Origin: a virus
Lineage: Duplodnaviria > Caudoviricetes
DNA length: 62,202 nucleotides
Strand: one strand, 5' to 3'
Virus record (IMG/VR): IMGVR_UViG_3300032516_000021
Location: 1 to 62,202 of that record
Both the position numbers and the translations under genes were made by a program. Shown here in pieces: positions 47,400-56,600 of this stretch. The notes beneath the pieces were generated by a model, which was not told where the DNA came from, ran no database searches, and saw only the letters and a list, made by a program, of their open reading frames with translations. Each line of letters starts with the position of its first letter. Positions within the stretch are counted from its first letter, which is position 1.

Positions 47400-47777
47400 T
47401 CATGCTGGCACCGCTTTCTTCCTGCCCGACAACTCCTGCATGACCGCTTCGAGTTTCTCCTTGGCGCGCCGCACGTCAGTGTTCGCACTTGCGATCTTCT
47501 GAAAGATGTCAGCGCTATCGATGTCCGGGGCTGGCACCGCTTTCTTCCTGCCCGACAACTCCTGCATGACCGCTTCGAGTTTGTCCTTGGCGCGCCGCAC
47601 GTCAGTGTTCGCACTTGCGATCTTCTGAAAGATGTCAGCGCTATCGATGTCCGGGATTGTCTCTTTGCCGAAGGTGATCGACGAACCGATGCCGTTCAGG
47701 TTCCGTTCAACTTCGGACAGCAGGGCGCGAGTGCCCTCTGCCTTGCGAATGATGGTAGTCCTCAATTGTGCCATCAC
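47400..47777 (-). CDS. Coiled-coil protein with internal 42-aa duplication
   Basis: PDIDSADIFQKIASANTDVRRAK(D/E)KLEAVMQELSGRKKAVPA occurs twice. Confidence 0.65.
   Translation of the reverse strand: MMAQLRTTIIRKAEGTRALLSEVERNLNGIGSSITFGKETIPDIDSADIFQKIASANTDVRRAKDKLEAVMQELSGRKKAVPAPDIDSADIFQKIASANTDVRRAKEKLEAVMQELSGRKKAVPA
47404..47655. repeat. 126-bp tandem duplication
   Basis: 47404..47529 vs 47530..47655, one mismatch seen. Confidence 0.95.
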
Positions 47778-47971
47778 TCAGCCCCCGCATGAATCGTCGG
47801 GCAGTCAGTTTCGCAGCCGGATGAAACGCGCTTAACGAAAAGCCCCTGTCGCTTTGCATTCGCAAGCATGACCGTCAACTCGCGTCTTGACTGCGCAAGC
47901 TGATTGCGATCTTCCATGACGCACTGCATGGCCTTCTTGACTTGATCGTGGGTGATGAATTGATCTGGCAT
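47774..47971 (-). CDS. Hypothetical protein
   Basis: Coupled small ORF. Confidence 0.5.
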   Translation of the reverse strand: MPDQFITHDQVKKAMQCVMEDRNQLAQSRRELTVMLANAKRQGLFVKRVSSGCETDCPTIHAGAE

Positions 47972-48147
47972 TAGTTTCCTGCCTTTACCAAAATCGCGTG
48001 TCCAGCGGCGAGATTAGCATCATGGATTTGTTCGGGCGTCGCACAGTCCCCGCAGATGATTCCGACAGGATTGGCGGACGACAATGCCGCCAAAGACGAC
48101 ATCAATTCCTTGCCGCAAATCCGACAGTTGGTTTGAATGAATGCCAT
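47971..48147 (-). CDS. Small Zn-finger protein (58 aa)
   Basis: Manual translation MAFIQTNCRICGKE...IICGDCATPE; TGATG and TAATG coupling on both sides. Confidence 0.6.
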   Translation of the reverse strand: MAFIQTNCRICGKELMSSLAALSSANPVGIICGDCATPEQIHDANLAAGHAILVKAGN

Positions 48148-48389
48148 CACATACCCCCTAACGAGCCAAGCGTCGTCTTGGCTTCAGGCACTGCCAACTT
48201 GGCTTTGAAGTAATTCATGACGTAAGCAGCGAACCCCGTAGCACAAGGGCTGCATAAATCAGCCTCGAAATCGGCGACAATGCGGTGGTCAATCTCAACC
48301 TTCACCGTTCGCTTGCATAACCCGCCTACCCTGACCTTGTGGCAGTGGTCGCACTTGATAATGGTCTTGGTTTGTGTTGATGTGGACAT
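48147..48389 (-). CDS. Small Zn-finger protein
   Basis: CDHC...DLCSPC; GGAGG RBS. Confidence 0.65.
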   Translation of the reverse strand: MSTSTQTKTIIKCDHCHKVRVGGLCKRTVKVEIDHRIVADFEADLCSPCATGFAAYVMNYFKAKLAVPEAKTTLGSLGGM

Positions 48390-48421
48390 TGATCCTCCCA
48401 GATCAAAATTTCTCTTGCTTT

Positions 48422-48736
48422 TTATCCCAGTTTCGCTATCTTGCTTTCAACCAAATCAGGATTAACGTCTGCCAAGGACGGCGAAGGAGTTACCGTATGC
48501 CGTCCATTCAACCGCTTGAAATACTGCCGAACCCACCAGTCAGACGTGATGTAGATCGGATTGCCGTCTTTGGTTTCGCCGATTATGCAAGCCTTCAGTT
48601 GACCGTCTTTAATCCGTCGGAGTATTGTGTCGCTCGAAACTCCGAGCGCTTCTGCCGCCTGACTGATTTTGACGACCTTGCCGACAATATCCGGCACAAT
48701 CCAATTCGGCGTCGGCTTGGCGTTGGCGAATATCAT
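48422..48736 (-). CDS. Excisionase-like HTH DNA-binding protein
   Basis: VKISQAAEALGVSSDTILRRIKDGQLKA. Confidence 0.78.
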   Translation of the reverse strand: MIFANAKPTPNWIVPDIVGKVVKISQAAEALGVSSDTILRRIKDGQLKACIIGETKDGNPIYITSDWWVRQYFKRLNGRHTVTPSPSLADVNPDLVESKIAKLG

Positions 48737-49251
48737 GTACTCGGCTCCGCACCCAGCGGTTCGCCGGTTTCGGGATTGATGGGCTTCAATTTCAATAATG
48801 AAGTATGATATGCGCGATGATGCTTAGGACAAAACCAGCGAATTTGGAACGGCTCCGAATAATCGTCATGGTGGGCGTGAATCCTGACGCTTGAGCCGCA
48901 ATCTTCACACGGTTGGGCTACCAGTTGCCCTGATCGGATAGCCGACTTTACCGCCCAGTGCGCTTTGAGTTTTTCAGGATAACGCTGGCGGTACACCTTC
49001 ATGACTCTACCCTTTGAGGCGCGCGCTTTTTCGGGATTGTTTTTGATCCAAGCATCTTTGCCCGCCCTGTATTGTTCGGGATTTTGCTCGCGCCAAGTCT
49101 TTCCCAGTGCACTCTTGCATGGCTTGCAACAACAATCGACAAATCCCCTCGTGCGATAAAATTGATCTATTGGTTTGTTAAGCCTACACGTTCGACACTG
49201 CCGCGTTTGTAGAACGGTCTGGTTTGAGACTACAAATAGATCGGGGTTCAC
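48733..49251 (-). CDS. HNH-like Zn-finger endonuclease (paralog of 39371..39811)
   Basis: CRTC..CKPC; PCEDCG..HAHHDDYSEPFQIRWFCPKHH. Confidence 0.82.
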   Translation of the reverse strand: MNPDLFVVSNQTVLQTRQCRTCRLNKPIDQFYRTRGFVDCCCKPCKSALGKTWREQNPEQYRAGKDAWIKNNPEKARASKGRVMKVYRQRYPEKLKAHWAVKSAIRSGQLVAQPCEDCGSSVRIHAHHDDYSEPFQIRWFCPKHHRAYHTSLLKLKPINPETGEPLGAEPST

Positions 49252-49421
49252 GATTCAAGTCCCAACTGGACGACCGTCGCCCGTATGGTTTTTCTGAGCC
49301 ACATACTGACGTTGCCCTCAGTCTCTTTATTGGCCGCCGCCTGTATCTTTGATTTCAGGTCAAGATCAACGTTGAAAGTGATCGGCTCGGTATTGTTTTC
49401 GGTTTGATTTTCTGTTGCCAT
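49248..49421 (-). CDS. Ribbon-helix-helix-like regulator
   Basis: ITFNVDLDLKSKIQAAA...NVSMWLRKTI; first gene after a promoter-like element. Confidence 0.6.
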   Translation of the reverse strand: MATENQTENNTEPITFNVDLDLKSKIQAAANKETEGNVSMWLRKTIRATVVQLGLES

Positions 49422-49440
49422 ACTTTTTCCTTTTGGCATC

Positions 49441-49468
49441 AACTTACATGAACATTAGGAAAAGTCAA
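49441..49468 (-). promoter_or_regulatory. Putative early sigma-70 promoter
   Basis: TTGACT-16 nt-TAAGTT in AT-rich intergenic DNA. Confidence 0.45.
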
Positions 49469-49825
49469 GAAGTTTTTTGCAGATTTAATAAAAATAATTG
49501 CGTACATCACATACGCAATAGAGAGCATATATACTCAAGAAAAGAGGACGGCGGCTTTCCCTCTTGCTTAAAAAAATATGGATACAGTCTGACGTGGAAA
49601 AACTTGGTAGGAGTTTGCGGAAACGAGTCCAATCCGGCTGTATAATAGCCACAGATCGCTCTGAGGCGCGCGAGATTGAACTCGAAATACTTGCAACGAT
49701 AGATTCCATTAACAGATCGTAAGTCGTGCCATAACCATCCTATACGTTTTTCAACCGCAAATACATCGAAATCACCCACCCCGCCAGCGAGCGCGAATGG
49801 TAGGGTCAATTCAAGCAGGCGTAGA

Positions 49826-50026
49826 TTATTCGGTTTTGTTGGGGAATAACGTCTTGACGAAGACTCCGAGCGCCCTGGCCAACTTTGCCATTGTTGAACG
49901 GTGCGGTTTCTCCACCGCACCGTTCTCAAGATTATAGAGTGATTGACTGGTGATTCTTGCTCGGCCAGCCAGTTCGCAAATCGACCAGTTCTTTTTCTCA
50001 CGGTACTTTCTGACCGTGTTCTTCAA
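49826..50026 (-). CDS. XRE-family HTH regulator
   Basis: VRKYREKKNWSICELAGRARITSQSLYNLENG..KPHRSTMAKLARALGV; start overlaps the TROVE stop. Confidence 0.88.
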   Translation of the reverse strand: MKNTVRKYREKKNWSICELAGRARITSQSLYNLENGAVEKPHRSTMAKLARALGVFVKTLFPNKTE

Positions 50027-51477
50027 AGTTCGACTCCCTCAATCGCGTCAATCGGGGAACCGGTGCCCTCTTCCACGGTCTTGATAAAGGACAAAACGTT
50101 CTCAGACCAACCAGCGATCAGATTGACCTTGCCCTGTAAGACCGCCGGAGTAGTTCCTGACCCATTAAGGTCAACTATATGCAACCAAGCATCGGGGGCT
50201 ATCTTCTTGTAAGCAGACCAGAACTTCTGCAAGTCGGCCGGACGATTGTATCCTTGGCGGGAATTCCACAATTGGCAATCGGTAAAGAAGATTACACGAT
50301 CAACCTTTAATCCTTGTTTCATCAGCCAATCAGGAACGAGCCAGCCGTTGGTTGATGAGCCGACTTGAGTGCTGGCAAATCGTTCGGCTATCGCAATCGG
50401 CGAAGAAATCCCGTCATCCGTGACAATGGCAAACTGTTCACCGAAGACAGAAGTGATCGCATTCTTTGACAGGCGCGCCATCAACGCGGACATCAAGTTT
50501 GCCACATCTATGTAATTTGCCTTACCCATGCTGGAAAGCGGAGATTGCATCGATCCTGAATTATCGGCAGCGATCATAGTAAGACCGCCAATCTCTGGCA
50601 AATTGGCGATTGAATAAGTCAGTGCGTCCGAGATAGCCTTCAGCGCTGGTCTTGCCGTTGGAATGCCGGACAACTCCCGATAGGCGGTGTAAAACCGAAA
50701 TGGCAACTGGCGACTGCGTTTCACGGCTTCGGGGTTAGCGATCATGGCAAGAATATCATCCAATTTAGTAGCACCGGATTCAATGATATTCCGCAAGTTC
50801 CGCAGTGCCGCCATGTAGGGGAGTTTCTTCTCGGCAATCAATGCGTCCCACACTTCGGCAGTATTCCCCTTTCCCGATACCTGAGTTTCCCAAGTGATCG
50901 GCACTTCCAACTTATCGTCGAGCAACCGTTTCCAAAGAGCCGCCTGTTCCGCATCAATCGGCTTGGCGTGCGAGATAAGCAGAATGTCGCGGAGTTTGAC
51001 CTTGCCTGCGCGGTTGTATTTTGCCAGTCGGTGTTCATCGAAAGTACCCAGTACGTCGGCCAAAGCAAGACGCACTTGCTTGATTTTCTTGGCAAGCGAG
51101 AAGGTATTCCCTTGCTCAAGAAACGCTACCAACTCCGTCAATTGATCGGGGCGAGTGCAGACCATGTTGATTGTCCGGCGTACTAATGGGCGACCCTTGG
51201 CGTCCAATGCCAACAGTCCGCACATAACAGTCGGTATCGTGCGTAATTGCATCACGTTCCGAGCATAGATTGCTGCCTTAGCGACAAACGCCGGTTCCTT
51301 GCCGATCAACTCTTTGGCGTCTCGGATTAGATCATCGGTATTGTCGCCGTAAAACTTCGGTTCCCGATAAAGACTCGTCATCAATTGTGAAACGAACCTC
51401 TCCTTGAGCGGAAGATCATAGGCGCCCCCGCCTTCTTTGTTGATGGTTTTGATTGTGGGAATGGAATTGATTTTCAT
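50023..51477 (-). CDS. TROVE-domain (Ro60/Rsr-like) RNA-binding protein with C-terminal vWA domain
   Basis: NKEGG.AY, EPKFYG, FVAKAAIYARN, RPDQLTE, FDEHRLAKY, TWETQVS, LPYMAALRNLRNI, SRQLPFRFY; MIDAS DNSGSM and FFTDCQ; IAGWSE; AGGAG RBS. Confidence 0.93.
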   Translation of the reverse strand: MKINSIPTIKTINKEGGGAYDLPLKERFVSQLMTSLYREPKFYGDNTDDLIRDAKELIGKEPAFVAKAAIYARNVMQLRTIPTVMCGLLALDAKGRPLVRRTINMVCTRPDQLTELVAFLEQGNTFSLAKKIKQVRLALADVLGTFDEHRLAKYNRAGKVKLRDILLISHAKPIDAEQAALWKRLLDDKLEVPITWETQVSGKGNTAEVWDALIAEKKLPYMAALRNLRNIIESGATKLDDILAMIANPEAVKRSRQLPFRFYTAYRELSGIPTARPALKAISDALTYSIANLPEIGGLTMIAADNSGSMQSPLSSMGKANYIDVANLMSALMARLSKNAITSVFGEQFAIVTDDGISSPIAIAERFASTQVGSSTNGWLVPDWLMKQGLKVDRVIFFTDCQLWNSRQGYNRPADLQKFWSAYKKIAPDAWLHIVDLNGSGTTPAVLQGKVNLIAGWSENVLSFIKTVEEGTGSPIDAIEGVEL

Positions 51478-51506
51478 AACGGCTCCTTGTTAAGGGCTAA
51501 AGAAAA

Positions 51507-51569
51507 GCTCCGGCAAAAAACGATAACGGACGTTTCCAATAGAAGTAACCGTTATCTACGTCTCGGAGC
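51507..51569 (-). ncRNA. Short Y-RNA-like (Yrl-like) RNA, 63 nt
   Basis: Outer stem GCUCCG/CGGAGC, inner stem GAUAACGG/CCGUUAUC, GUUACUUC motif shared with its neighbour; directly upstream of TROVE. Confidence 0.75.
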
Positions 51570-51577
51570 AAATCAGT

Positions 51578-51684
51578 GGACTCGGCAAAAGGCGATTACA
51601 GGCATGACGGCCTTGAACCGTCACTCCCCTTTTCAGGGGAGTTCATCTCGACCAAGAAGTAACTGTAATCTACGTCTCGAATCC
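51578..51684 (-). ncRNA. Y-RNA-like (YrlA-like) RNA with a T-arm-like hairpin, 107 nt
   Basis: Outer stem GGAUUCG/CGAGUCC, inner stem GAUUACAG/CUGUAAUC, GUUACUUC motif, 8-bp GAAA hairpin, T-arm GACGG-UUCAAGG-CCGUC. Confidence 0.8.
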
Positions 51685-51702
51685 AAATCTTCATACGGGA
51701 CA

Positions 51703-51731
51703 AGGATATATTATTAGTAAAACTTTGTCAA
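51703..51731 (-). promoter_or_regulatory. Sigma-70-type promoter of the Y RNA-TROVE-HTH operon
   Basis: TTGACA-17 nt-TATCCT, ending 18 nt before the first RNA stem. Confidence 0.7.
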
Positions 51732-51761
51732 GTTTTAATTTCATAAATCTTTTGGGCATAG

Positions 51762-51793
51762 AAAACCCCCGTGCTTCTCATGAAACACGGGGG
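51762..51793 (-). terminator. Rho-independent terminator ending the late/lysis operon
   Basis: CCCCCGTG-TTTC-ATGA-GAAG-CACGGGGG followed by TTTTCT. Confidence 0.8.
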
Positions 51794-51830
51794 CGGCCAA
51801 GAAAGGAACCAAAGAACCGCGAGAAGCGGG

Positions 51831-52268
51831 TTATGTCTTGACGATTTCGGGGAAGCTTAGGTGGTCTACCCAGTCCTGGCCGAGTTTCAGGTTCAGCCAC
51901 TCAATCAACTTGTCGATCAGCCAGCCGATAATCACGCCGTCGAAAGGCTCCAAAAAGAATGGCAGCTTGATAATCTCGTCGAGCAGTTCAACCAGTGCCT
52001 TTTTCTTCTCGCCGCCGGACGCAACGGCGCCGGCATCGCGGCAGACTTTTTCGACAACAATGCCGAGTGACTTAATTAGCTCAACGGCCATGCCGGGGGC
52101 TTTGACGATGCTATCGTCGAAACCTATCGGCTTGCCGTCGGAGTTCAGTTTGAAGGGATTCCATTCCAGATTGCCGGCCTGTCCGGCGATACTTCTGAGT
52201 TTGTCGACATCAAAGTAGTCAAAAATCTGCCCCTTGATGTCGGCGCTTTTGATTGAGACGGTTGTCAT
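51831..52268 (-). CDS. Hypothetical protein in the lysis cassette
   Basis: GGAGG RBS, ATGA overlap; SGGEKKKALV..LD..IKLPFFLEPFD..II..LID pattern. Confidence 0.65.
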   Translation of the reverse strand: MTTVSIKSADIKGQIFDYFDVDKLRSIAGQAGNLEWNPFKLNSDGKPIGFDDSIVKAPGMAVELIKSLGIVVEKVCRDAGAVASGGEKKKALVELLDEIIKLPFFLEPFDGVIIGWLIDKLIEWLNLKLGQDWVDHLSFPEIVKT

Positions 52269-52567
52269 GGTTTTCCTCCGTTCACTCTCGCGGCCACACT
52301 CTTGATAAATTCCCAACCGATGACCGACACCAATGCGGCCAGTATCCCAACGCGGAGCCTGTCGGCAATCACAATCCCCGGGATCATCAATGCAATTCCG
52401 ATCCCGGAGATGAATGGCACAAGGAGAACCTTGTTCCCCGAGAGCCATGCAATTTTGACCTTGAGAGTTTCGGTCAAGGCAGTTATGAACGCCGCGACAA
52501 TGATAAGTGCAATCGGCTGAATCTTGAACAGGTCAGCGATTTGGTCGATGGTGATGTTCTGATCCAT
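52265..52567 (-). CDS. Holin-like membrane protein
   Basis: Three hydrophobic segments; close to the endolysin. Confidence 0.7.
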   Translation of the reverse strand: MDQNITIDQIADLFKIQPIALIIVAAFITALTETLKVKIAWLSGNKVLLVPFISGIGIALMIPGIVIADRLRVGILAALVSVIGWEFIKSVAARVNGGKP

Positions 52568-52632
52568 CAGTCTGTTCCACCTTTCTTGCCGATTTTTCCA
52601 CCCCTCTTGGTTGTTCTGGTGCCTTTGGGCAT
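52567..52632 (-). CDS. 21-aa basic peptide
   Basis: MPKGTRTTKRGGKIGKKGGTD; AAAGGA RBS; TGATG coupling to the holin-like gene. Confidence 0.5.
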   Translation of the reverse strand: MPKGTRTTKRGGKIGKKGGTD

Positions 52633-52657
52633 AGTCAATTCCTTTCGATTGATATTG

Positions 52658-53245
52658 TTAATTTGAGTTCTTTGGCAAGAACTCGATCAGTCTATTGAGC
52701 CAGCCGCGCGCATTTTCTTCTTGATCTTGGTGCTTCTCGGCAAGGATTAAATGCCCGTAGCCACGGAGGACCGCCATTGCCGTGACGAGCAGGTTCGCGC
52801 TGGCGGCTGCCTTGTTGATCGCGGCAAGCGTAGCCTGTCCCGGTCTACCGTCGACCGCGATGTCCGCCCAAAGCTTCCCTTGCTTATTCAGCGCGTTCAG
52901 TGATCGCTGCAGATATATCACTGCCGTCGTCTCGCCGCAAAGAATTGCGGTATCAAAAACGATGTTTGCCAATTCCTGAGTCGGGAACGATTGACAATGC
53001 AACCGTCCCCAGAGGCTCCGGTAGAAAGCCACGACCAGAGAGTCAAGGACTTGATCGTTCGCAAGGCGTTGCGGGAAGTCAGGCGATGCCTTCGCCTTAT
53101 CAATAATCGGCCAGCCTAACCAGTCGGGATTGTATACCCGCGAGACGCCGCGATACGTCTCGCCGCCTCTGTCCACTGGTCGATTTGAATAACCGCCCTC
53201 GGCGCGGTCTGACTTGCTGAATGAGATTGCAAAGTCGGCTGTCAT
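52658..53245 (-). CDS. Endolysin, glycoside hydrolase family 108 with PG-binding domain
   Basis: EGGYSNRPVDRGGETYRGVS, VFDTAI..G, LQRSLN, VDGRPGQATLAA, GWLNR. Confidence 0.93.
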   Translation of the reverse strand: MTADFAISFSKSDRAEGGYSNRPVDRGGETYRGVSRVYNPDWLGWPIIDKAKASPDFPQRLANDQVLDSLVVAFYRSLWGRLHCQSFPTQELANIVFDTAILCGETTAVIYLQRSLNALNKQGKLWADIAVDGRPGQATLAAINKAAASANLLVTAMAVLRGYGHLILAEKHQDQEENARGWLNRLIEFLPKNSN

Positions 53246-53246
53246 A

Positions 53247-53684
53247 TTACACCACGACCACAGTCGGGGCAACTGTTGCGGCTACGATGGATACCGGGGT
53301 CGGCCTGACATAGGTCGGACGCATCATCTGAAGGTTTTGGATCTTAAGTTGAATTTGCTCGTTGTAGGTGATCGGCGTTGCGCCGGTGGTCACGATCTGG
53401 AATGTGGCCGCGTGGTATTCATAATCGAGGCCGGCACTGAGGGAGAGAAATACATTGTCTGCCGGCGTTAGTGGAAATGAGAATTCACCACTACTGTTGA
53501 AGTACGTGCGGACATCTACCAGTGATCGCGCATTGATGATCTGACTTGTCCCGTACAGAGTCAGCGTCATCTTAGCCGTAGCGATATTGGCGACGGGGAT
53601 CGCGGTGCCGTCCTCGTCTTTTAGCACAAATTCCAACGTGGCGGTAGCACCTTCATTGATCGGAGTTATTACTTCCAATGGCAT
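53247..53684 (-). CDS. BppU-like virion protein ending in one copy of the giant-protein repeat
   Basis: EGATATLEFVLKDEDG..GEFSFPLTPAD; C-terminus PTPVSIVAATVAPTVV. Confidence 0.55.
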   Translation of the reverse strand: MPLEVITPINEGATATLEFVLKDEDGTAIPVANIATAKMTLTLYGTSQIINARSLVDVRTYFNSSGEFSFPLTPADNVFLSLSAGLDYEYHAATFQIVTTGATPITYNEQIQLKIQNLQMMRPTYVRPTPVSIVAATVAPTVVVV

Positions 53685-53687
53685 CGT

Positions 53688-56600
53688 CTATCCTTTGATA
53701 TCGAGATTAGTTATTGTCGGTTGCTTAATTGTGGCGCCGCTGATTGCGTTTGTCTTGACAGTTACACCGGTAAGTGAACCTGTCTTGATGGTCGGCGAGA
53801 CAATGCGGGGCGAGGTGAATGTTGGGTGCCATAAAGTGACAGTCGGAGCGACCGTCGCGCAAATCAGTGTCCCTGCTGAGGGAGTGACGGTCGCACTTGT
53901 CAGAATCAGTACGGGGTCGATGGTTGCGGCTACCAGTGTCACCGGAGCTGGAGTAAGAAATACCGCGTCGAAAAGATAAGTAGGATCAACCGTAGCGGTG
54001 ACCAAGGTGGCAGCCGCCGGGGTTATACTGAAGCTACCGAGAATCACCGTTGGCGGTATGACAGCAAGCACGGCGGTCGCCGCTGCCGGAACTATCGTTG
54101 CGCTGGTGAGTGTGAAGGTCGGGGCAACGGTAGCGGCAATCAGACTCGCCGGGGAGGGTGTGAGGGCAACACCGCCGAAAGAAAGACTGGGGTCGACTGT
54201 TGCCGTGACCAGCGTTGCTGCTGAAGGGGTAACACTGAGGCTTCCCAGTACGACGGCGGGTGTGACGGTCGCAACTACAGCAGAGACGGCTGTCGGCGTT
54301 ATCGCTCTCGATCCTAATACAACGGTCGGCGCAATGGACTGCGCAACAAGGGTTGAAACAGACGGTGTGACCGCTACCGATCCCTGCACAACCGTTGGCG
54401 CCACTGAGGCCGCAACCAATGACGCGGTCGTGGGAGTAATCGCAAGACTTCCAAGAATAACGGTAGGGGCAACCGTTGCCGTCACACAGGTAGCCGGCGT
54501 CGGGATAATCGTACCCGTCACTATGTCGACGGTCGGATCGACTGACGCGGTCACTAAGGTTGCCGCTGCCGGCGTTATGGCGAGCGATCCCAAGACCACG
54601 CTCGGCGCGATCACCGCCGTGACAAGGGAACCGACCGCCGGAGTTAGTGCCAGCGATCCAAGAATAACGGTCGGATCAACCTTGCCACAAACGAGTGTAG
54701 CCACCGGCGGCGTGATCGAAAGTGATCCGAGAATAACGGTCGGCGTGACTGAAGCTGCAATCAGAGTGACAGGATTAGGAGTAATCGTCACACTGCTCAA
54801 TAGACAAGTAGGGGCAACCGTCCCCGCCACCAAGGTAGCGGCACTCGGTGTGGCGCCGATACTTCCCAGTACCGCCGTCGGATCAACCGTGGCGACCACA
54901 CTTGTAGCCGGACTGGGCGTTATCGCTACCGAACTACCCTGTACTATGCAGCCAGTCGTGGCTGTCACGAGACTTGCTGCTGAGGGCGTTATCGCAATGG
55001 ATCCAAAAACGGCAACAGGGTCAATCGTGGCAGCGACAAGCGAACTGGCCGCCGGAGTTATGGCGAGGCTGCCGAGGACAGTAGTTGGCGCGATGCTTCC
55101 TGTTATCAGACTGCTGGCAGCCGGAGTAATTGCCAGACTGCCAAGAACCGTAATTGGGTCAACCGTGGCCGCAATCAATGTGCTTGCGGTAGGAGTAATT
55201 GCGACACTGCCAAGAACCGTAGTTGGGTCAACCGTCGACGCTATCAATGTGGCGGCGGTCGGAGTGATTCTGAGACCGACAATCGGGGTAACCGAAGAGC
55301 AAATCAGCGTCGCAGCGTTCGGCGTGATTGCAAGGGCGACGGTCGGAACTACGGAATGGCAAACAAGCGTCGCGGCAGTCGGCGTGATCGTAAGAGTGAC
55401 GCTCGGGGCGATGGATGTCGTAACTAACGTGGCGGGCGTCGGCGTAATTGCCATTGACCCCAGAATCGGAGTAGGCGCTACCGAGGCCGCTACAAGGGTT
55501 CCCGCAGCAGGGGTGACTACCACACTGCCGAGGACAACGGCAGGCGTAACTGAAGCGGTTACCAATGTCGCAACATCAGGGGTGACCGCTACACTCCCAA
55601 GAATTACAGCCGGGTCAACCGAGGCAGTTACCAGCGTACTCACCGCCGGTATGATTGAGAGACTGCCAAGAATAGCTGTCGGATCAACGGTAGCCGCTAC
55701 CAACGTCGATGCATCGGGCGTCACCGCCACGCTGGTCAGGACGATGGTCGGGGCAACTGAAGCCGCAACCAGAGTCCCAGCGGACGGCGTGATCGCTATG
55801 CTGCCGAGAATGGCGACGGGATCGACTGATGCCGCTACCAGCGTAGCCGCTGAAGTGATACCCCTGAATCCGACAGTCGGCGCAACCGAAGCTGCTACCA
55901 GAGTAGCCGGAGCCGGAGTGCAAAGGAATACGTAACCGTCGATTGTCGCGTCAATCGTCAGCAGTAACTGACGCCCGCCCAAAATGCTGGCGTCAATGTA
56001 GAATCCCTTGACCTCTTGCTCGCCGAGGATGATGACCGGATCGAGGGAGTAGCCGTAAACCTTGATCTCGTAAATCAGTGAATCGATATCTTCGTGTGGA
56101 GTCGCCTCATTACTGGCATAGAAATCGACCTTGACCGAATAGTGGCCGCCGAGTAGTCCCGTGAACGAATAGACTTCGTCAACCGGAGTACCCCAGGTTG
56201 CCAAGACCATTTGTCGGGTCTCGTCGGCTACAATGTTCAACGGGTCGTAGACAGAACCCCGCGACAGCCAGACGTGATAATCGCAGGTTTTCCCTTGTTC
56301 AGCTGCCCCGCTTTCATTTAGCGTGGTTCTGACTTTAACGTCGATGCGACCGACGCCAAGAAAGTTTACCGCGTCATCGTAGTAGATGTCATCGTACTTG
56401 CCGTCACACCATGACTCGTAGGTTGCCGAGTGATCTGTGGGATCGCCTAATAGTAAAGCGCCGTACCAGATCAGCACTTCAGGGTCAATATTGCCGTCCA
56501 GTGGACCTATAACCTGATAATCATTGACGCCGCCCGATTTGCGCAGTCGGCGGGAGACCTCGATGGAGTCGAAATAACATGCAGTGTTATATGCGTCTGA

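Noticed and set aside
47404-47655. DGR template/variable repeat pair
   Set aside because: Adjacent tandem copies with a single non-adenine difference, and no reverse transcriptase.
49485-49825. ORFs 49507..50001 and 49485..49709 downstream of the XRE gene
   Set aside because: Competing frames, no clear RBS or motif, partial overlap with the XRE gene; I could not choose a gene or see a third Y-like RNA, so it is left unannotated.
51578-51684. tRNA-Phe (CUGAAAA loop plus T arm)
   Set aside because: No acceptor stem, D arm or CCA in tRNA geometry; the GAAA hairpin pairs as an 8-bp tetraloop stem. Better explained as a Y-like RNA.
51507-51684. Mini CRISPR array
   Set aside because: Only two units, with covarying internal helices rather than identical repeats and spacers; no cas operon.
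53998-55935. 645-aa plus-strand ORF
   Set aside because: Antisense shadow of the T/A/V/P repeat region, whose codons rarely create reverse-strand stops; no independent features.
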